DNA of 64,000 nt from Hyphomicrobiales bacterium (GCA_009377755.1 WHTM01000015.1:22520-86519), one strand, 5' to 3'; positions 37,932 through 48,900 are shown, numbered from the stretch's first letter. The notes: generated from the sequence alone by a model not told the origin. Program-made: numbers and translations.

Positions 37932-39545
37932 TCAAGCACTGGCTTCCGTGGTCTCGGCCGGCGCCTCGGCGTCGGCCTCTTTGCGCGCAAGGTCGGCCTC
38001 GGTAATCCAGCCGACCTTCAATCGCGCCTGCATGATCAGCGCGTCGGCTTCCTCGTGCGTAAGCTCGAAGCCGTCGAGAATCCCGGCATGGCGCACGTTC
38101 TCGCCGTCCTTGCGTTCGGTCCAGCCCACGAGGTCGTCGGTGGCGCAGCCGGCGAGGTCCTCCACCGTCTTGATGTCGTTCTCGCCGAACTTGACCATCA
38201 TCCTGGTGGTGACGCCGGGGACTTCGCGCAGGTCATCCTCCACGCCAAGCTCGATCCGTTTGGCATCGAGCTCTGCCTCCAGTTGCGCGAGATAGTCCCG
38301 GGCCCGGGTCTGCAGCTCCTCCGCGGTCTCCTCATCGAAGCCCTCGATACTGGAAATCTCCCGCAGATCGATCAAGGCGAGATCCTCGACCGAGTTGAAG
38401 CCTTCCGAGGCGAGCAGCTGGCCGACCACCTCGTCGACGTTGAGCGCTTCCATGAACATACGGGTGCGATTCTCGAACTCGGCCTGACGCCGCTCCGATT
38501 CTTCCTGCTCGGTGAGGATGTCGATATCCCAACCGGTGAGCTGCGAGGCGAGCCGCACGTTCTGACCGCGGCGGCCGATGGCCAGCGACAGCTGCTGATC
38601 CGGCACCACCACCTCGATGCGCTCACGATCCTCGTCGAGCACCACCTTGGCGACTTCCGCCGGCGCCAGCGCGTTGACCACGAAGGTTGCGATGTCGGGT
38701 GACCACGGGATGATGTCGATCTTCTCGCCCTGCAGCTCGTTCACTACCGCCTGCACACGCGAGCCGCGCATGCCGACGCAGGCACCCACAGGGTCGACCG
38801 AGGAGTCGCGGGAGATCACGGCGATCTTCGCGCGCGAACCGGGGTCGCGCGCGACGGCCCTCACCTCGACGATGCCGTCGTAGATTTCCGGCACCTCCTG
38901 GGCGAACAGTTTCGCCATGAACTGCGGATGGGTGCGAGACAGGAAGATCTGCGGCCCGCGCGGCTCGCGGCGCACGTCGTAGATATAGGCGCGGACGCGG
39001 TCGCCGTTGCGGAACACCTCGCGCGGCAACATCTCGTCGCGCCGCACGATCGCTTCGCCGCGGCCAAGATCCACGACAACGCTGCCGTATTCGACGCGCT
39101 TGACGATGCCGTTGACGATATCGCCGATACGGTCCTTGTATTCCTGGTATTGCCGGTCGCGCTCGGCTTCGCGCACCTTCTGCACGATCACCTGCTTGGC
39201 AGACTGTGCGGCGATGCGGCCGTATTCGAGCGGCGGCAGCGCATCGGCAATGGTGTCGCCGACCTGGGCCGCGGGATTGCGCCGGCGGGCATCCTCGAGG
39301 CTGATCTGATTCGAAGGGTTCTCGACCGTTTCGACCACGAGCAGGTGCCGTGCCAGCCGCAGCTCGCCGGTGCGGGAATTGATTTCGGCGTGAACGTCGG
39401 TTTCCGCTCCGTAGCGGGAGCGGGCCGCCTTGGCGATCGCATCCTCCATCGCCGCGATGACGATGCTGCGATCGATCGCCTTCTCGCGGGCTACCGCCTC
39501 GGCGATCTGCAACAGTTCGAGCCGGTTGGCGCTTACTGCGACCAT
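37932..39545 (-). CDS. nusA: transcription termination/antitermination factor NusA
   Basis: 537 aa. Begins ANRLELLQIAEAVAREKAIDR, with S1 and KH domains and a C-terminal acidic repeat region. Confidence 0.95.
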   Translation of the reverse strand: MVAVSANRLELLQIAEAVAREKAIDRSIVIAAMEDAIAKAARSRYGAETDVHAEINSRTGELRLARHLLVVETVENPSNQISLEDARRRNPAAQVGDTIADALPPLEYGRIAAQSAKQVIVQKVREAERDRQYQEYKDRIGDIVNGIVKRVEYGSVVVDLGRGEAIVRRDEMLPREVFRNGDRVRAYIYDVRREPRGPQIFLSRTHPQFMAKLFAQEVPEIYDGIVEVRAVARDPGSRAKIAVISRDSSVDPVGACVGMRGSRVQAVVNELQGEKIDIIPWSPDIATFVVNALAPAEVAKVVLDEDRERIEVVVPDQQLSLAIGRRGQNVRLASQLTGWDIDILTEQEESERRQAEFENRTRMFMEALNVDEVVGQLLASEGFNSVEDLALIDLREISSIEGFDEETAEELQTRARDYLAQLEAELDAKRIELGVEDDLREVPGVTTRMMVKFGENDIKTVEDLAGCATDDLVGWTERKDGENVRHAGILDGFELTHEEADALIMQARLKVGWITEADLARKEADAEAPAETTEASA

Positions 39546-39548
39546 CGG

Positions 39549-40217
39549 TCACTCCTCTTCTTCAATCTGTGCGCCCCGACTCTGCAATTCGGACGGGCGC
39601 CGAATTTCCTTCGTTCTGCGGGCATATTGCGGTCGCTGTCTCCCCCGCGCTTCGCGTTCGGCGGCTTTGCCGCGCCTCAGCGATTCCGTGACCAGCGCAT
39701 CGGTGAGCACCAGCCGCGCCTCCGCCATGTCGGCGATCGGCAACACGACATCGGCCGCGCCACTCGGCGGATCGTCGCAGCGCACGCGCGCCGTAGCGCC
39801 CTCGGTTCCGAGCACCACACCGCGAAAGCGCCTGCGGCCACCGACGGGAACTTCCATCTCGACCTTCGCCAGATGGCCGGCATAGCGCTCGAAATCCGAG
39901 CGCCGGACCAGGGGCCGATCAATCCCGGGCGATGAAATCTCCAGCCGGTAGGCGCGATCGACCGGCTCGGCCACATCGAGAACCGGCGACAGCGCCCGCG
40001 AGACCGCCTCGCAGTCCTCGATCGTCATCGTGCCATCCGGGCGCTCAGCCATGATCTGCACCGTGCATCCCGCCAAGCCGGAGACCCGGACGCGCACCAA
40101 GCGGTAGCCGAGACCGATCAGCACCGGCTCGGCGATCGCCGCAACACGCGCGGCCAGCCCCGGCTCGATGATCAGCCGCGGTTCGCCCAGGTCGTGCACG
40201 CTCGTGCCCTCGGTCAT
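39549..40217 (-). CDS. rimP: ribosome maturation factor RimP
   Basis: Contains [20 protein letters not shown] and [12 protein letters not shown]. Start taken at ATG 40217, with a basic C-terminal tail. Directly upstream of nusA. Confidence 0.85.
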   Translation of the reverse strand: MTEGTSVHDLGEPRLIIEPGLAARVAAIAEPVLIGLGYRLVRVRVSGLAGCTVQIMAERPDGTMTIEDCEAVSRALSPVLDVAEPVDRAYRLEISSPGIDRPLVRRSDFERYAGHLAKVEMEVPVGGRRRFRGVVLGTEGATARVRCDDPPSGAADVVLPIADMAEARLVLTDALVTESLRRGKAAEREARGRQRPQYARRTKEIRRPSELQSRGAQIEEEE

Positions 40218-40525
40218 TCGCCATTCCGGCCCCACCGGGCCTCGTCGGATCGTCCGCTTGCTACTGGATCTCGCACGCCCGGATGACGATCGCACGCTCG
40301 GATAACAAAAAAGAGCGGGTCCGGGGGGGCCCACTCTCACGAGCCGATCGAATATCCGATCGTTATGAGATCCAGCACAGATGACGGAAATATAGCGAAA
40401 ATCGCCTGAGGTGCAAGAGCGGCGCGGAAATTTGTTGCCCCAACCGAACGGCTAACCCTTCCTTCACCATCCTCACCTATCTGTCAAACGACAGCATCGT
40501 GTTCGTTCGAGTCCCGTGCGTCGCC

Positions 40526-41617
40526 ATGAACGCTTCTGCCTCCCTGATCCCAGACCTTGAACGGGTTCTGCAGCACGGTTCACCCGAAAAATGCGCGGAA
40601 ATGCTGTCCGGTATCACTGGCCTGTTTCTCAGCGGAGCGAGCCGCCTCAATGAGGATCATGTCGCACTCTTCGATGCGGTGTTCGAGCGGCTGATCGAAG
40701 ACATCGCGGCCCGCGCGCGGGCCGAGCTGTCAGCACGGCTCGCGCCGGTCGAGAATGCCCCGCCGAAGCTCGTCCGCCGGCTTGCCAGCGACGACGACAT
40801 TCTGGTCGCCGCGCCGATGCTGGAGCATTCCCCCCGGCTCGTCGACGACGACCTGCTGCGGATCGCCGGCAGCAAGGAGCAGAGGCATCTACGCGCGATT
40901 TCCGGACGCCGCGGGCTCTCCGAAGCGGTCAGCGATGTGCTGGTTCAGCGCGGCGACCGCGAGGTCGTCCATACCGTCGTCGACAATCAGGGCGCCCGCC
41001 TGTCGGAAAGGGGATTCACGACGCTGGTCGAGCGTGCGGCCGACGACAGTGTGCTTGCCGAGAAGGTCGGCCGGAGGGCGGATATCCCGCCGCGCCTGTT
41101 CCGCACGCTGCTCATGCAGACGACCGAGGTCGTCCAGCAGCGCCTGCTGGCGAAGGCACGTCCGGAAACCGCGGCTGCGATGCGCCGGGTGCTCGCGAAG
41201 GGGTCGGAAGAGATCGGCGCAAAGGTGCCGGCGGCGCGCAACTTCACCAACGCCAGGGCGACCGTCCTCGCGCTCGCGGGGCAGGGCAAGCTGGGCGAAC
41301 CGGCCCTCGCCGGCTTCGCCAAGGAGAACCGCTTCGAGGAGACCGTGGTCGCGCTGGCCGAGTTGACCACGGTGCCGATCGAAACCGTGGACCGCCTGAT
41401 GGCGGGAGACCGCCCCGATCCGGTGCTCATTCTCTGCAAGGCGGCCGGCTTCGGCTGGCAGACGGTGCGCGAAATCATTCTTGTCCGACCGGACGGCAAG
41501 GGCACCTCGACCCAGACGCTCGACGCCGCGTATGCCAATTTCGAGCGGCTTTCTGCCTCTACGGCGCAGCGCGTTACGCGCTTCTGGCAGATTCAGCCGG
41601 GCAGTCACGCCACCTGA
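40526..41617 (+). CDS. DUF2336 domain protein
   Basis: Helical-repeat protein: LFLSGASRLNEDHVALFDAVFERLIEDIAARARAELSARLAPVENAPPKLVRRLASDDDILVAAPML. Confidence 0.65.
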   Translation: MNASASLIPDLERVLQHGSPEKCAEMLSGITGLFLSGASRLNEDHVALFDAVFERLIEDIAARARAELSARLAPVENAPPKLVRRLASDDDILVAAPMLEHSPRLVDDDLLRIAGSKEQRHLRAISGRRGLSEAVSDVLVQRGDREVVHTVVDNQGARLSERGFTTLVERAADDSVLAEKVGRRADIPPRLFRTLLMQTTEVVQQRLLAKARPETAAAMRRVLAKGSEEIGAKVPAARNFTNARATVLALAGQGKLGEPALAGFAKENRFEETVVALAELTTVPIETVDRLMAGDRPDPVLILCKAAGFGWQTVREIILVRPDGKGTSTQTLDAAYANFERLSASTAQRVTRFWQIQPGSHAT

Positions 41618-41649
41618 TCCGCTTCTTCGTGACGTGAGCCGGTGCGTTG

Positions 41650-42366
41650 CTACCGGCGGCGGAAAGCCAGATAGCAAGGCGCACGGCGTTCGCGCAGCGC
41701 CTTCTTCTCATACCGGGTGCCCGCATGGCCGGGCCAGGGCTTGCGCCAATCGTCGGCGCGTTCGGCGGTCCAGACAAAGTCCGGCGACCGCAGCATGCGA
41801 ACCAGCGTCCAGGCCGCATAATCCGCGATGTCGGTCGCGAAGCGAAACTGACCGCCCGGCTGGAGAATTCGCGCGATGGCCGCGACGCTGGCGTCCTGCA
41901 CGAACCGACGCTTCCAATGCCGCCGCTTTGGCCAAGGATCCGGATACAGAAGATCGACGCGGGTGATCGACCCGTCCGGTAGCCAATGCAGCAGCTCCAC
42001 GGCGTCACCGAAGTGCAGTCGTACATTGGCGATCTGCTGCGCCTCGACACCGGCCAGAACCTTGGCCATGCCGTTGACGAAGGCTTCACAGCCGATAAAG
42101 CCCGCGCCGGGGTCGGCGGCGGCGGCCGCCAACAAATGCTCGCCACCCCCGAAACCGATCTCGAGGCGCACCTCGCCGGCCAGTGGCGAAAACAATGCGC
42201 GCAGATCGCCCGGCCGCGCAGCGTTGAGATCGATAGCCAGCCGCGGCAGCAGCGTCGCCAACAGATCCGACTGGTGCGGTCGCAGCGGCCGCCCCTTGCG
42301 GCGGCCGAAAAAGGCGCGCTTGACGTCCGATTTCCGCTCGTCCGCGTCCGGCATCGGTGACGTCAT
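41650..42366 (-). CDS. trmB: tRNA (guanine(46)-N7)-methyltransferase TrmB
   Basis: Contains LEIGFGGGEHLL, IGCEAFVNG and YPDPWPKRRHWKRRF. Start taken at ATG 42366. Confidence 0.88.
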   Translation of the reverse strand: MTSPMPDADERKSDVKRAFFGRRKGRPLRPHQSDLLATLLPRLAIDLNAARPGDLRALFSPLAGEVRLEIGFGGGEHLLAAAAADPGAGFIGCEAFVNGMAKVLAGVEAQQIANVRLHFGDAVELLHWLPDGSITRVDLLYPDPWPKRRHWKRRFVQDASVAAIARILQPGGQFRFATDIADYAAWTLVRMLRSPDFVWTAERADDWRKPWPGHAGTRYEKKALRERRAPCYLAFRRR

Positions 42367-42480
42367 GCCCGGCCTTGCGGCCGGTTTCCACCGATTTCTG
42401 TCATCACGCAACGCCATAAAGTCGATGGCCGGGACGAACCCGGCCAGACGCGTCAGCGACACTGGTATCGGCGTGCGCGG

Positions 42481-43761
42481 TCAGGCGACCGCGTTCTTGA
42501 TCGCGTCGACCAAGTCGGTCCGCTCCCAGGAGAATCCGCCGTCTGAGGTCGGCGCCCGTCCGAAATGGCCGTAGGCCGCCGTGCGCCGGTAGATCGGTTT
42601 GTTCAGCGCAAGCTTGCGCCGGATGTTGGTCGGCCGCAGCGGGAAGATTTCGGCGAGCGCCTTCTCGAGCTTGGCCTCCTCGACCTTTCCGCTGCCGTGG
42701 GTATCGACAAGCAGCGACATCGGATCCGCGACGCCGATCGCGTATGCGATCTGGATCGTGCAACGTTCGGCGATACCCGCGGCCACGACATTCTTGGCCA
42801 GATAGCGCGCAGCATAGGCCGCCGAGCGATCCACCTTGGTCGGGTCCTTGCCGGAGAAGGCACCGCCGCCGTGCGGCGCATAGCCGCCGTAGGTGTCGAC
42901 GATGATCTTGCGGCCGGTCAGGCCGCAGTCGCCGTCCGGCCCGCCGACCACGAAATTGCCGGTCGGATTCACCAGAAAATCGACGGCATCCTTTGGCATC
43001 CAGCCTTCCGGCAACGCAGAGGCGACCGCGTCGGCGATCAATTCCTTGACCATGCCGGGCGTATACTTCTGACCATTGCGGCTTTCGGCATTGTGCTGGG
43101 TGGAAACAACCACTTTGGTACACCCGATCGGGTTGCCGTTGACGTATTGAACCGTCACCTGACTCTTGGCGTCAGGCTGCAGGTCGAACAGCTTTCCCGA
43201 CCGCCGATGGTCCGCCAACACCTTCAGGATCTTGTGCGCGAAGTAAATCGGCGCCGGCATGAAAGAGCTCTTCTCGTAGACCTCGCTCTCGGTGCAGGCG
43301 AAGCCGAACATCATGCCCTGGTCGCCGGCGCCTTCCTGCTCGCCGTCTTTTTCCCTCTTCGCATCGACGCCCATGGCGATGTCGGGCGATTGGCCGTGCA
43401 GCAGGACCTCGACGTCGGCACCGTGGTAGGAAAATCCGTCCTGGTCGTAACCGATGTCCTTCACGACGTTGCGCGCGATCTGCGTGATCATCTCGCGATT
43501 GATGACGGCATGACTGCCGTATTTGCGGAACAGCGGCGCCTGGCCACGTCCCTCTCCGGCAATGACGATCTTGTTCGTCGTCGTCAGCGTCTCGCAGCCG
43601 AGCCGTGTATTCACTTTGCTGTCGTCGGCAATGCCGAGCTTGATGTCGTTCTCAAGAAATGCGTCAAGAATCGCATCTGAAATCTGATCGCAGACCTTGT
43701 CCGGGTGGCCTTCAGAGACCGACTCGCTAGTGAAGAGATAGTTGGTATGCGCCACGTTCAA
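42481..43761 (-). CDS. metK: S-adenosylmethionine synthase
   Basis: Contains [23 protein letters not shown] and [13 protein letters not shown] start at 43761, preceded by GAAAGGAG. Confidence 0.93.
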   Translation of the reverse strand: MNVAHTNYLFTSESVSEGHPDKVCDQISDAILDAFLENDIKLGIADDSKVNTRLGCETLTTTNKIVIAGEGRGQAPLFRKYGSHAVINREMITQIARNVVKDIGYDQDGFSYHGADVEVLLHGQSPDIAMGVDAKREKDGEQEGAGDQGMMFGFACTESEVYEKSSFMPAPIYFAHKILKVLADHRRSGKLFDLQPDAKSQVTVQYVNGNPIGCTKVVVSTQHNAESRNGQKYTPGMVKELIADAVASALPEGWMPKDAVDFLVNPTGNFVVGGPDGDCGLTGRKIIVDTYGGYAPHGGGAFSGKDPTKVDRSAAYAARYLAKNVVAAGIAERCTIQIAYAIGVADPMSLLVDTHGSGKVEEAKLEKALAEIFPLRPTNIRRKLALNKPIYRRTAAYGHFGRAPTSDGGFSWERTDLVDAIKNAVA

Positions 43762-43928
43762 ATACTCCTTTCAAGGTACGGTAGTGCCGCACCCGTTTTC
43801 ACAGGACGCAGCATCGCCACGCCCGATCCTCATTGCTGCCGACTCTTTGCAGTGTCCAGCAGCGGGGTCAAGGCGTGGGAGGAGTGGGAAGAAGATGTGG
43901 GACGATGGGACGATACGCCGGCTCGTGC

Positions 43929-44339
43929 TTATTTATTCTTTGGTCCGCCAGCCATCTGCTCGACGAGCTCGACGATCTTGCGTCGCAGCTTCGAATCCTC
44001 GATGCGCATGAAGGCGCGGGTGAGCGCCAGCCCATCCGACGTAGCGAGAAAATCCGCCACGTAGAGCGGCGACGGCGCGTCACTCAATTCATCGTTTCGC
44101 GCTGACAGGTCGGGGGCGCCGTCGAAAAAGAACGACACGGGCACTTGCAGGATATTGGATATCTGCTGCAGGCGGCTCGCGCCGATGCGGTTGGTGCCCT
44201 TCTCGTATTTCTGTACCTGTTGGAACGTGAGTCCGAGCGCATTGCCGAGCTTTTCCTGGCTCATTCCAAGCATCATGCGGCGCATCCGCACACGGCTCCC
44301 GACATATTTGTCAATGGGATTTGGGGCCTTTTTGGCCAT
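43929..44339 (-). CDS. XRE-family helix-turn-helix transcriptional regulator
   Basis: Contains VGSRVRMRRMMLGMSQEKLGNALGLTFQQVQKYEKGTNRIGASRLQQISNIL. Confidence 0.85.
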   Translation of the reverse strand: MAKKAPNPIDKYVGSRVRMRRMMLGMSQEKLGNALGLTFQQVQKYEKGTNRIGASRLQQISNILQVPVSFFFDGAPDLSARNDELSDAPSPLYVADFLATSDGLALTRAFMRIEDSKLRRKIVELVEQMAGGPKNK

Positions 44340-44546
44340 AACGATCTCCTATGGGGCTACTGCCGGACGTAATGTTTCCTTTTAGCGCCGCGAACGCAAT
44401 CGGTGACCCGGGGGCAAAGCGATCTCAGCACGAAAAAACTGTGAAAACTTGATCCAAAACACGCTGAATCCAATTGAACGTGCAAGGCGTTAGCAGCGCC
44501 TAATGCGCGCACTGGTATGCACCGGGACCCGGCGCGACTTCGCGTA

Positions 44547-46175
44547 TTAGCGCTTGCGGAGCCTCCTTCGCACAACCAGAATGAGGGCGGCGCCCACCAA
44601 AAAGCCGGCGAATCCGTCGCCCACGCGGACATAGGCGGTGGGTTCGAGGCGATGCGGCAGCCCGCCGTCGACGAGGCCCTCCTGCCCCAACGGCAACGCG
44701 CGCACGATGCGGCCGAGCGGATCGACAATGGCGGAGATTCCGGTATTTGCGGCGCGCACCAGCGGCAACCCCTGCTCGATCGCCCGCACGCGCGCCTGCC
44801 GGAGATGCTGGTAGGGCCCGGAACTGTTTCCAAACCAGCCGTCGTTGGTCAGATTGACCAGCCAGCCCGGCCGTTTACCGGCAGGAACGGCTTCGTCGGG
44901 GAAGATGATCTCGTAGCAGACCAGCGGCAGCATGTGCGGCGCACCGGGAATCTCGATGGTGCGTCGCCGGTTGCCGCTGATGAATCCGCCCTGCACCTTC
45001 GTCAGCTGCATCAGGCCAAGGCGTTCCAGCCGCGACTGGAACGGCAGGTATTCGCCGAAAGGAACGAGATGGACCTTGTCGTAGACCGACAGGATCGTCC
45101 CGCTCCCGTCGATCACGTAGATCGAATTGTAGGCGCGCGTGACCGGCCCGGGAGCGGCGGTCGCCGGTGCGCGCACCGCGCCGGTGACGAGGACGGTTCC
45201 CGGTCGCAGCAACGCTGCAATCTGCGCCAGCGCATCCGGCTCGCGCGTGAGAAAGAACGGAAACGCCGACTCCGGCCAGATCAAATGCGTGATGTCGCGG
45301 ATCCCCGCGGATTGCGGCCCGGTCGCCCCGTCCGACAATGCAATGTAGCGGTCGAGGACCTGCTGCTTGGCGGCATAGTTGAACTTCACGTCCTGGGGCA
45401 GATTCGGCTGCATGATGCGTAGCCGTACGCCGTCGACAAATGTGGTGGGCGTGGCGGCAAGCCGGGCGAAGCCGAAACCCGCCATACCGATCAGGACCAC
45501 GAGACTTGCGGCCATCGGCAACCACGGACGCCTGATTTCCGCCCGATCGTCGGAGATCACCGCGGGACTTGCGAACATCACAACAGCGAGGAAAGTCAGT
45601 CCCCAGACGCCGAGGATCGCCGCGCTCTGCGCCAGCACCAGCGGCCCCGTGAGCGCGTATCCGAATGCATTCCACGGGAACCCGGTGAGCAGCCATCCGC
45701 GCAGCCATTCTGATGCCGTGAGCCCGATCGCCAGCGCGAGTACGCGGGTGGCGCCGCGCGTCCACAGCAGGCGCGCAATCATCGCGCCCAATGCGGTGAA
45801 CAGCGCCAAGCCGGCCGGCGGTAACAGGATCGCAAACGGCAGCAGCCAGCCGAAGGTCGACGCGTCGACCAGGACCGCGTTGCCGATCCAGTACAGCCCG
45901 GCCAGGAAATAGCCGAAGCCGAACCACCAGCCGACGATGCCGGCCGCGGCGACGCCGCCGAAGCGCCCCGCCGCGGCGCCGTCGATTAGCCAGACCAGAA
46001 ACGGGAAGGTCAGGAATCCGATCGGCCACAGGTCGAATGGGGCAAGCGTCAATACCGAGACCGCGCCGCCCGCGAACGCGATCGCCCCGCGTCGCCAGCC
46101 GAAAGCCAGCACCGTCACATGCGCGAGCCGGGCCAGCGTCAAAGCCGGCATGGCGGTTTGCGGGGCGAAGGTCAC
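44547..46175 (-). CDS. lnt: apolipoprotein N-acyltransferase
   Basis: Polytopic N-terminus followed by a CN-hydrolase domain (LIWPESAFPFF, VCYEIIFPD, LVNLTNDGWFG). GTG 46175 overlaps the corC-like stop; an alternative start is ATG 46151. Confidence 0.88.
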   Translation of the reverse strand: MTFAPQTAMPALTLARLAHVTVLAFGWRRGAIAFAGGAVSVLTLAPFDLWPIGFLTFPFLVWLIDGAAAGRFGGVAAAGIVGWWFGFGYFLAGLYWIGNAVLVDASTFGWLLPFAILLPPAGLALFTALGAMIARLLWTRGATRVLALAIGLTASEWLRGWLLTGFPWNAFGYALTGPLVLAQSAAILGVWGLTFLAVVMFASPAVISDDRAEIRRPWLPMAASLVVLIGMAGFGFARLAATPTTFVDGVRLRIMQPNLPQDVKFNYAAKQQVLDRYIALSDGATGPQSAGIRDITHLIWPESAFPFFLTREPDALAQIAALLRPGTVLVTGAVRAPATAAPGPVTRAYNSIYVIDGSGTILSVYDKVHLVPFGEYLPFQSRLERLGLMQLTKVQGGFISGNRRRTIEIPGAPHMLPLVCYEIIFPDEAVPAGKRPGWLVNLTNDGWFGNSSGPYQHLRQARVRAIEQGLPLVRAANTGISAIVDPLGRIVRALPLGQEGLVDGGLPHRLEPTAYVRVGDGFAGFLVGAALILVVRRRLRKR

Positions 46176-47308
46176 GACTCGGGTGACGATTGTTGGAGCG
46201 TCGGGCCGGAAGATGCATCGTCCGCCGGTTGCGGCTCCGCCGAGTCCGGCTCGTCCTCGCGCTGACGGCCATCGCGGATGCGCGTCGCTCTCCGGTCCTT
46301 GCTCCGGTAGATCTTGGCCCGCTTCACGCGGCGCGGATCGGCGTCGAGCACCTCGATCTCGAAACCGGGCGGACCGGGCACAAGCTCGCCGCGAACCGGC
46401 ACATGCCCGGCCTTGGTGACCAGATAGCCGCCCAGCGTATCGACCTCGCTGAGATGCTCGCGTACATCGAATTCAATGCCGATGGCAGCGGCGACGTCCT
46501 CGAGGCCGGCGCGCCCATCCGCGACGAAGTTGCCGTCCGCCTGCCACGCCACGCCCAACGGTTCATCGACGTCGTGCTCGTCGGCAATGTCGCCGACGAT
46601 CTGCTCGACGATGTCCTCCATCGAGACGAGCCCGTCGGTACCGCCGTACTCGTCGATGACCAGAGCGAGATGGATGCGCGTCGCCTGCATCTTGGCCAGC
46701 AGGTCCATGGCCGGCATCGACGGCGGCACAAACAGGATGGTGCGGACAATGCGGGTTGCCGACAGCGGCATCGCGAGGTCGATCGCCTTGAGATCGAGTC
46801 CGGCGGGCAGTGGCCGCTTGCGTTTGACATTGTCCTCCGGCGTAATCGCCGCCCGCGCCGTCATGAAGGCGATCAGATCGCGAATGTGCACCATTCCGAC
46901 CGGATCATCGAGCGTGTCGTTGTAAGCGACCAGCCGCGAATGGCCGGCGCGTTCGAAAATGCGGACGAGTTCGCCGAGCGAAATGTCCTGTTGCACGGCA
47001 ACGATGTCGGCGCGCGGCAGCATGACATCCTCGATCCGCCGCTCACGCAGCGCAAGGATGTTCTTGAGCATCACGCTCTCTTCCGGCGAGAAGCCCGTCT
47101 CGCCGGGCGGACCGCGTTCCAGCAGCGATTTCAGGTCGGCGCGGATCGTCCCAGGCTTCCACCGGAACAGAACGCGTATCGCGCGTTGCATCCAGCGTTC
47201 GCCGTCGTCCGGCGCGGTATCCGGCTGCGGCACCGGTACTGGAAGATTCCGCGTTTCTCCCTCGATCGCCCGCGCTTCGGGCCGGTCGGACGAATCGGCG
47301 TCAGGCAT
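46172..47308 (-). CDS. CBS-domain / CorC_HlyC family protein (CorC/TlyC-like)
   Basis: CBS pair (IEDVMLPRADIVAV, VGMVHIRDL) and a C-terminal transporter-associated domain. ATG 47308 overlaps the ybeY stop. Confidence 0.8.
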   Translation of the reverse strand: MPDADSSDRPEARAIEGETRNLPVPVPQPDTAPDDGERWMQRAIRVLFRWKPGTIRADLKSLLERGPPGETGFSPEESVMLKNILALRERRIEDVMLPRADIVAVQQDISLGELVRIFERAGHSRLVAYNDTLDDPVGMVHIRDLIAFMTARAAITPEDNVKRKRPLPAGLDLKAIDLAMPLSATRIVRTILFVPPSMPAMDLLAKMQATRIHLALVIDEYGGTDGLVSMEDIVEQIVGDIADEHDVDEPLGVAWQADGNFVADGRAGLEDVAAAIGIEFDVREHLSEVDTLGGYLVTKAGHVPVRGELVPGPPGFEIEVLDADPRRVKRAKIYRSKDRRATRIRDGRQREDEPDSAEPQPADDASSGPTLQQSSPES

Positions 47309-47837
47309 GGCGTCCGGCCGTCGGAACGAGATCACCTGTGGCGTATGGGTCGGGGATACCGAGGCGTGCGAGGATCGCACGCTCGAGTCCCTCCATCGCT
47401 TCGGCGTCGCTGTCGTTGTCATGGTCCTGTCCCAGGAGGTGCAGAAATCCGTGCACGGCCAGATGTGCAAGGTGATCCTCGAACCGCTTGGCTTCGGCTT
47501 TCGCCTCGTCCGTCGCCGTTTCGTACGCGATCACGATGTCACCGAGTTGGGTTGGCGGCGCCGCCGGTTTTCGTTGCCCTCCGCTGTGTTGCGGGAGCTG
47601 TCGCACCGGAAAGGAGAGCACGTTCGTCGGCCGGTCGATGTTGCGCCAATCGTGATTAAGGCCACGGATCGTCGAATCGTCCGTCAGTACGATAGCAAGC
47701 TCCGCCGGTCTTGTTGACAGCATCGCGGCGGCGGCGGAGAGAGCCCGGCGCAACACGGTCTCCGCCAGGGGCTGGGCGTCCCACAGTGGCGACTCCACAA
47801 TGATGTCCACGGACAGCGGGTCCGGCGTCGTGCCCAT
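47301..47837 (-). CDS. ybeY: rRNA maturation endoribonuclease YbeY
   Basis: Zinc motif HLAVHGFLHLLGQDH. Confidence 0.92.
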   Translation of the reverse strand: MGTTPDPLSVDIIVESPLWDAQPLAETVLRRALSAAAAMLSTRPAELAIVLTDDSTIRGLNHDWRNIDRPTNVLSFPVRQLPQHSGGQRKPAAPPTQLGDIVIAYETATDEAKAEAKRFEDHLAHLAVHGFLHLLGQDHDNDSDAEAMEGLERAILARLGIPDPYATGDLVPTAGRHA

Positions 47838-47846
47838 CGCGCCACT

Positions 47847-48821
47847 TCAACCTTTCTCATCACGGCCACCGGCCGATGGCCTGGCTTGATCGTAGGCCTC
47901 CACAATGCGCGCCACCAGTTCGTGCCGTATGACGTCGGCGGCGGTGAAAACGGTGTGGCCGATGCCTTCCACGTCGGCGAGCAGCCGCACCGCCTCGGCC
48001 AAACCCGAAGCCTGGCCGAACGGCAGGTCGACCTGGCTCGGATCGCCGGTGACGATCATATGACTGTTCTCGCCGAGCCGCGTCAGAAACATTTTCATCT
48101 GCATCGACGTGGTGTTTTGCGCCTCGTCGAGAATCACCGCCGCATTGGCGAGCGTGCGTCCGCGCATGAACGCGATCGGCGCGATCTCGATCTCGCCGCT
48201 CTGCAGCGCGCGCTCGACGATGCGCGAGTCCATGAGATCGTAGAGCGCGTCGTAGATCGGGCGCAGATAAGGATCGACCTTCTCGCGCATGTCGCCGGGC
48301 AGGAAGCCGAGCCGTTCGCCGGCTTCGACCGCCGGTCGCGACAGGATGATGCGGTCGACCTGCTTGCGCTCGAACAGATGCACGGCATGCGCGACCGCGA
48401 GCCACGTCTTGCCGGTCCCGGCCGGTCCGGTGCCGAACACCAGCGCGTGACGCCGCATCGCCCCGATATACGCGGCCTGGGTCGCGGTCCGCGCGCGCAC
48501 CAGCCGCTTGCGGAGATTGATCTGTTCCTCGCGCGGGCGCGTTTCCGTCGAATCAAATTCGAACAGTGAGCCTTGCGAGATCGCCATGCGGATGGCGCCC
48601 TCCACGTCGCCGGAGTGCAACTCGTTGCCGCGCTTGAGCCGGTCGTAAAGGCCCTCGAGCACCCGCCGTGCCTGCTCGCAGGATTCGCGCGGCCCGGCAA
48701 TGGTCACATGATTGCCGCGGGAATCGGCGGCGACGCCGAGCCGGCGCTCGACCAGCGCGAGGTTCTGCCCGTATTGGCCGAACAGCGCCGAGGCGAGCCG
48801 ATTGTCCTCGAAAGCAAGCAC
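47847..48821 (-). CDS. phoH: PhoH-family ATPase (YbeZ-like)
   Basis: Walker A GPAGTGKTWLAVA and the C-terminal PhoH domain. The start is uncertain: GTG 48821 is the first start after the miaB stop, while the track's TTG 48989 would overlap miaB by 89 nt. Confidence 0.8.
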   Translation of the reverse strand: MLAFEDNRLASALFGQYGQNLALVERRLGVAADSRGNHVTIAGPRESCEQARRVLEGLYDRLKRGNELHSGDVEGAIRMAISQGSLFEFDSTETRPREEQINLRKRLVRARTATQAAYIGAMRRHALVFGTGPAGTGKTWLAVAHAVHLFERKQVDRIILSRPAVEAGERLGFLPGDMREKVDPYLRPIYDALYDLMDSRIVERALQSGEIEIAPIAFMRGRTLANAAVILDEAQNTTSMQMKMFLTRLGENSHMIVTGDPSQVDLPFGQASGLAEAVRLLADVEGIGHTVFTAADVIRHELVARIVEAYDQARPSAGGRDEKG

Positions 48822-48900
48822 GATCTGTCCCGCTTGGTGGGCCCCGCTCGCGGGCGAATTGGCCGGCGGCGCCTGCTCCGTTCCCAGTGGGCGCAACGGC

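Noticed and set aside
43762-43928. Known SAM riboswitch (SAM-II, SAM-V or SAM/SAH) upstream of metK
   Set aside because: I could not find the conserved AAAGCU/GCUU-type pseudoknot core or the SAM/SAH consensus by eye. The region is kept only as an unclassified structured leader, and an Infernal scan is needed.
44875-46272. 465-aa minus-strand ORF overlapping lnt in another frame
   Set aside because: It is an off-frame read of the lnt region and is Arg/Pro-rich. The 542-aa frame has the CN-hydrolase motifs.
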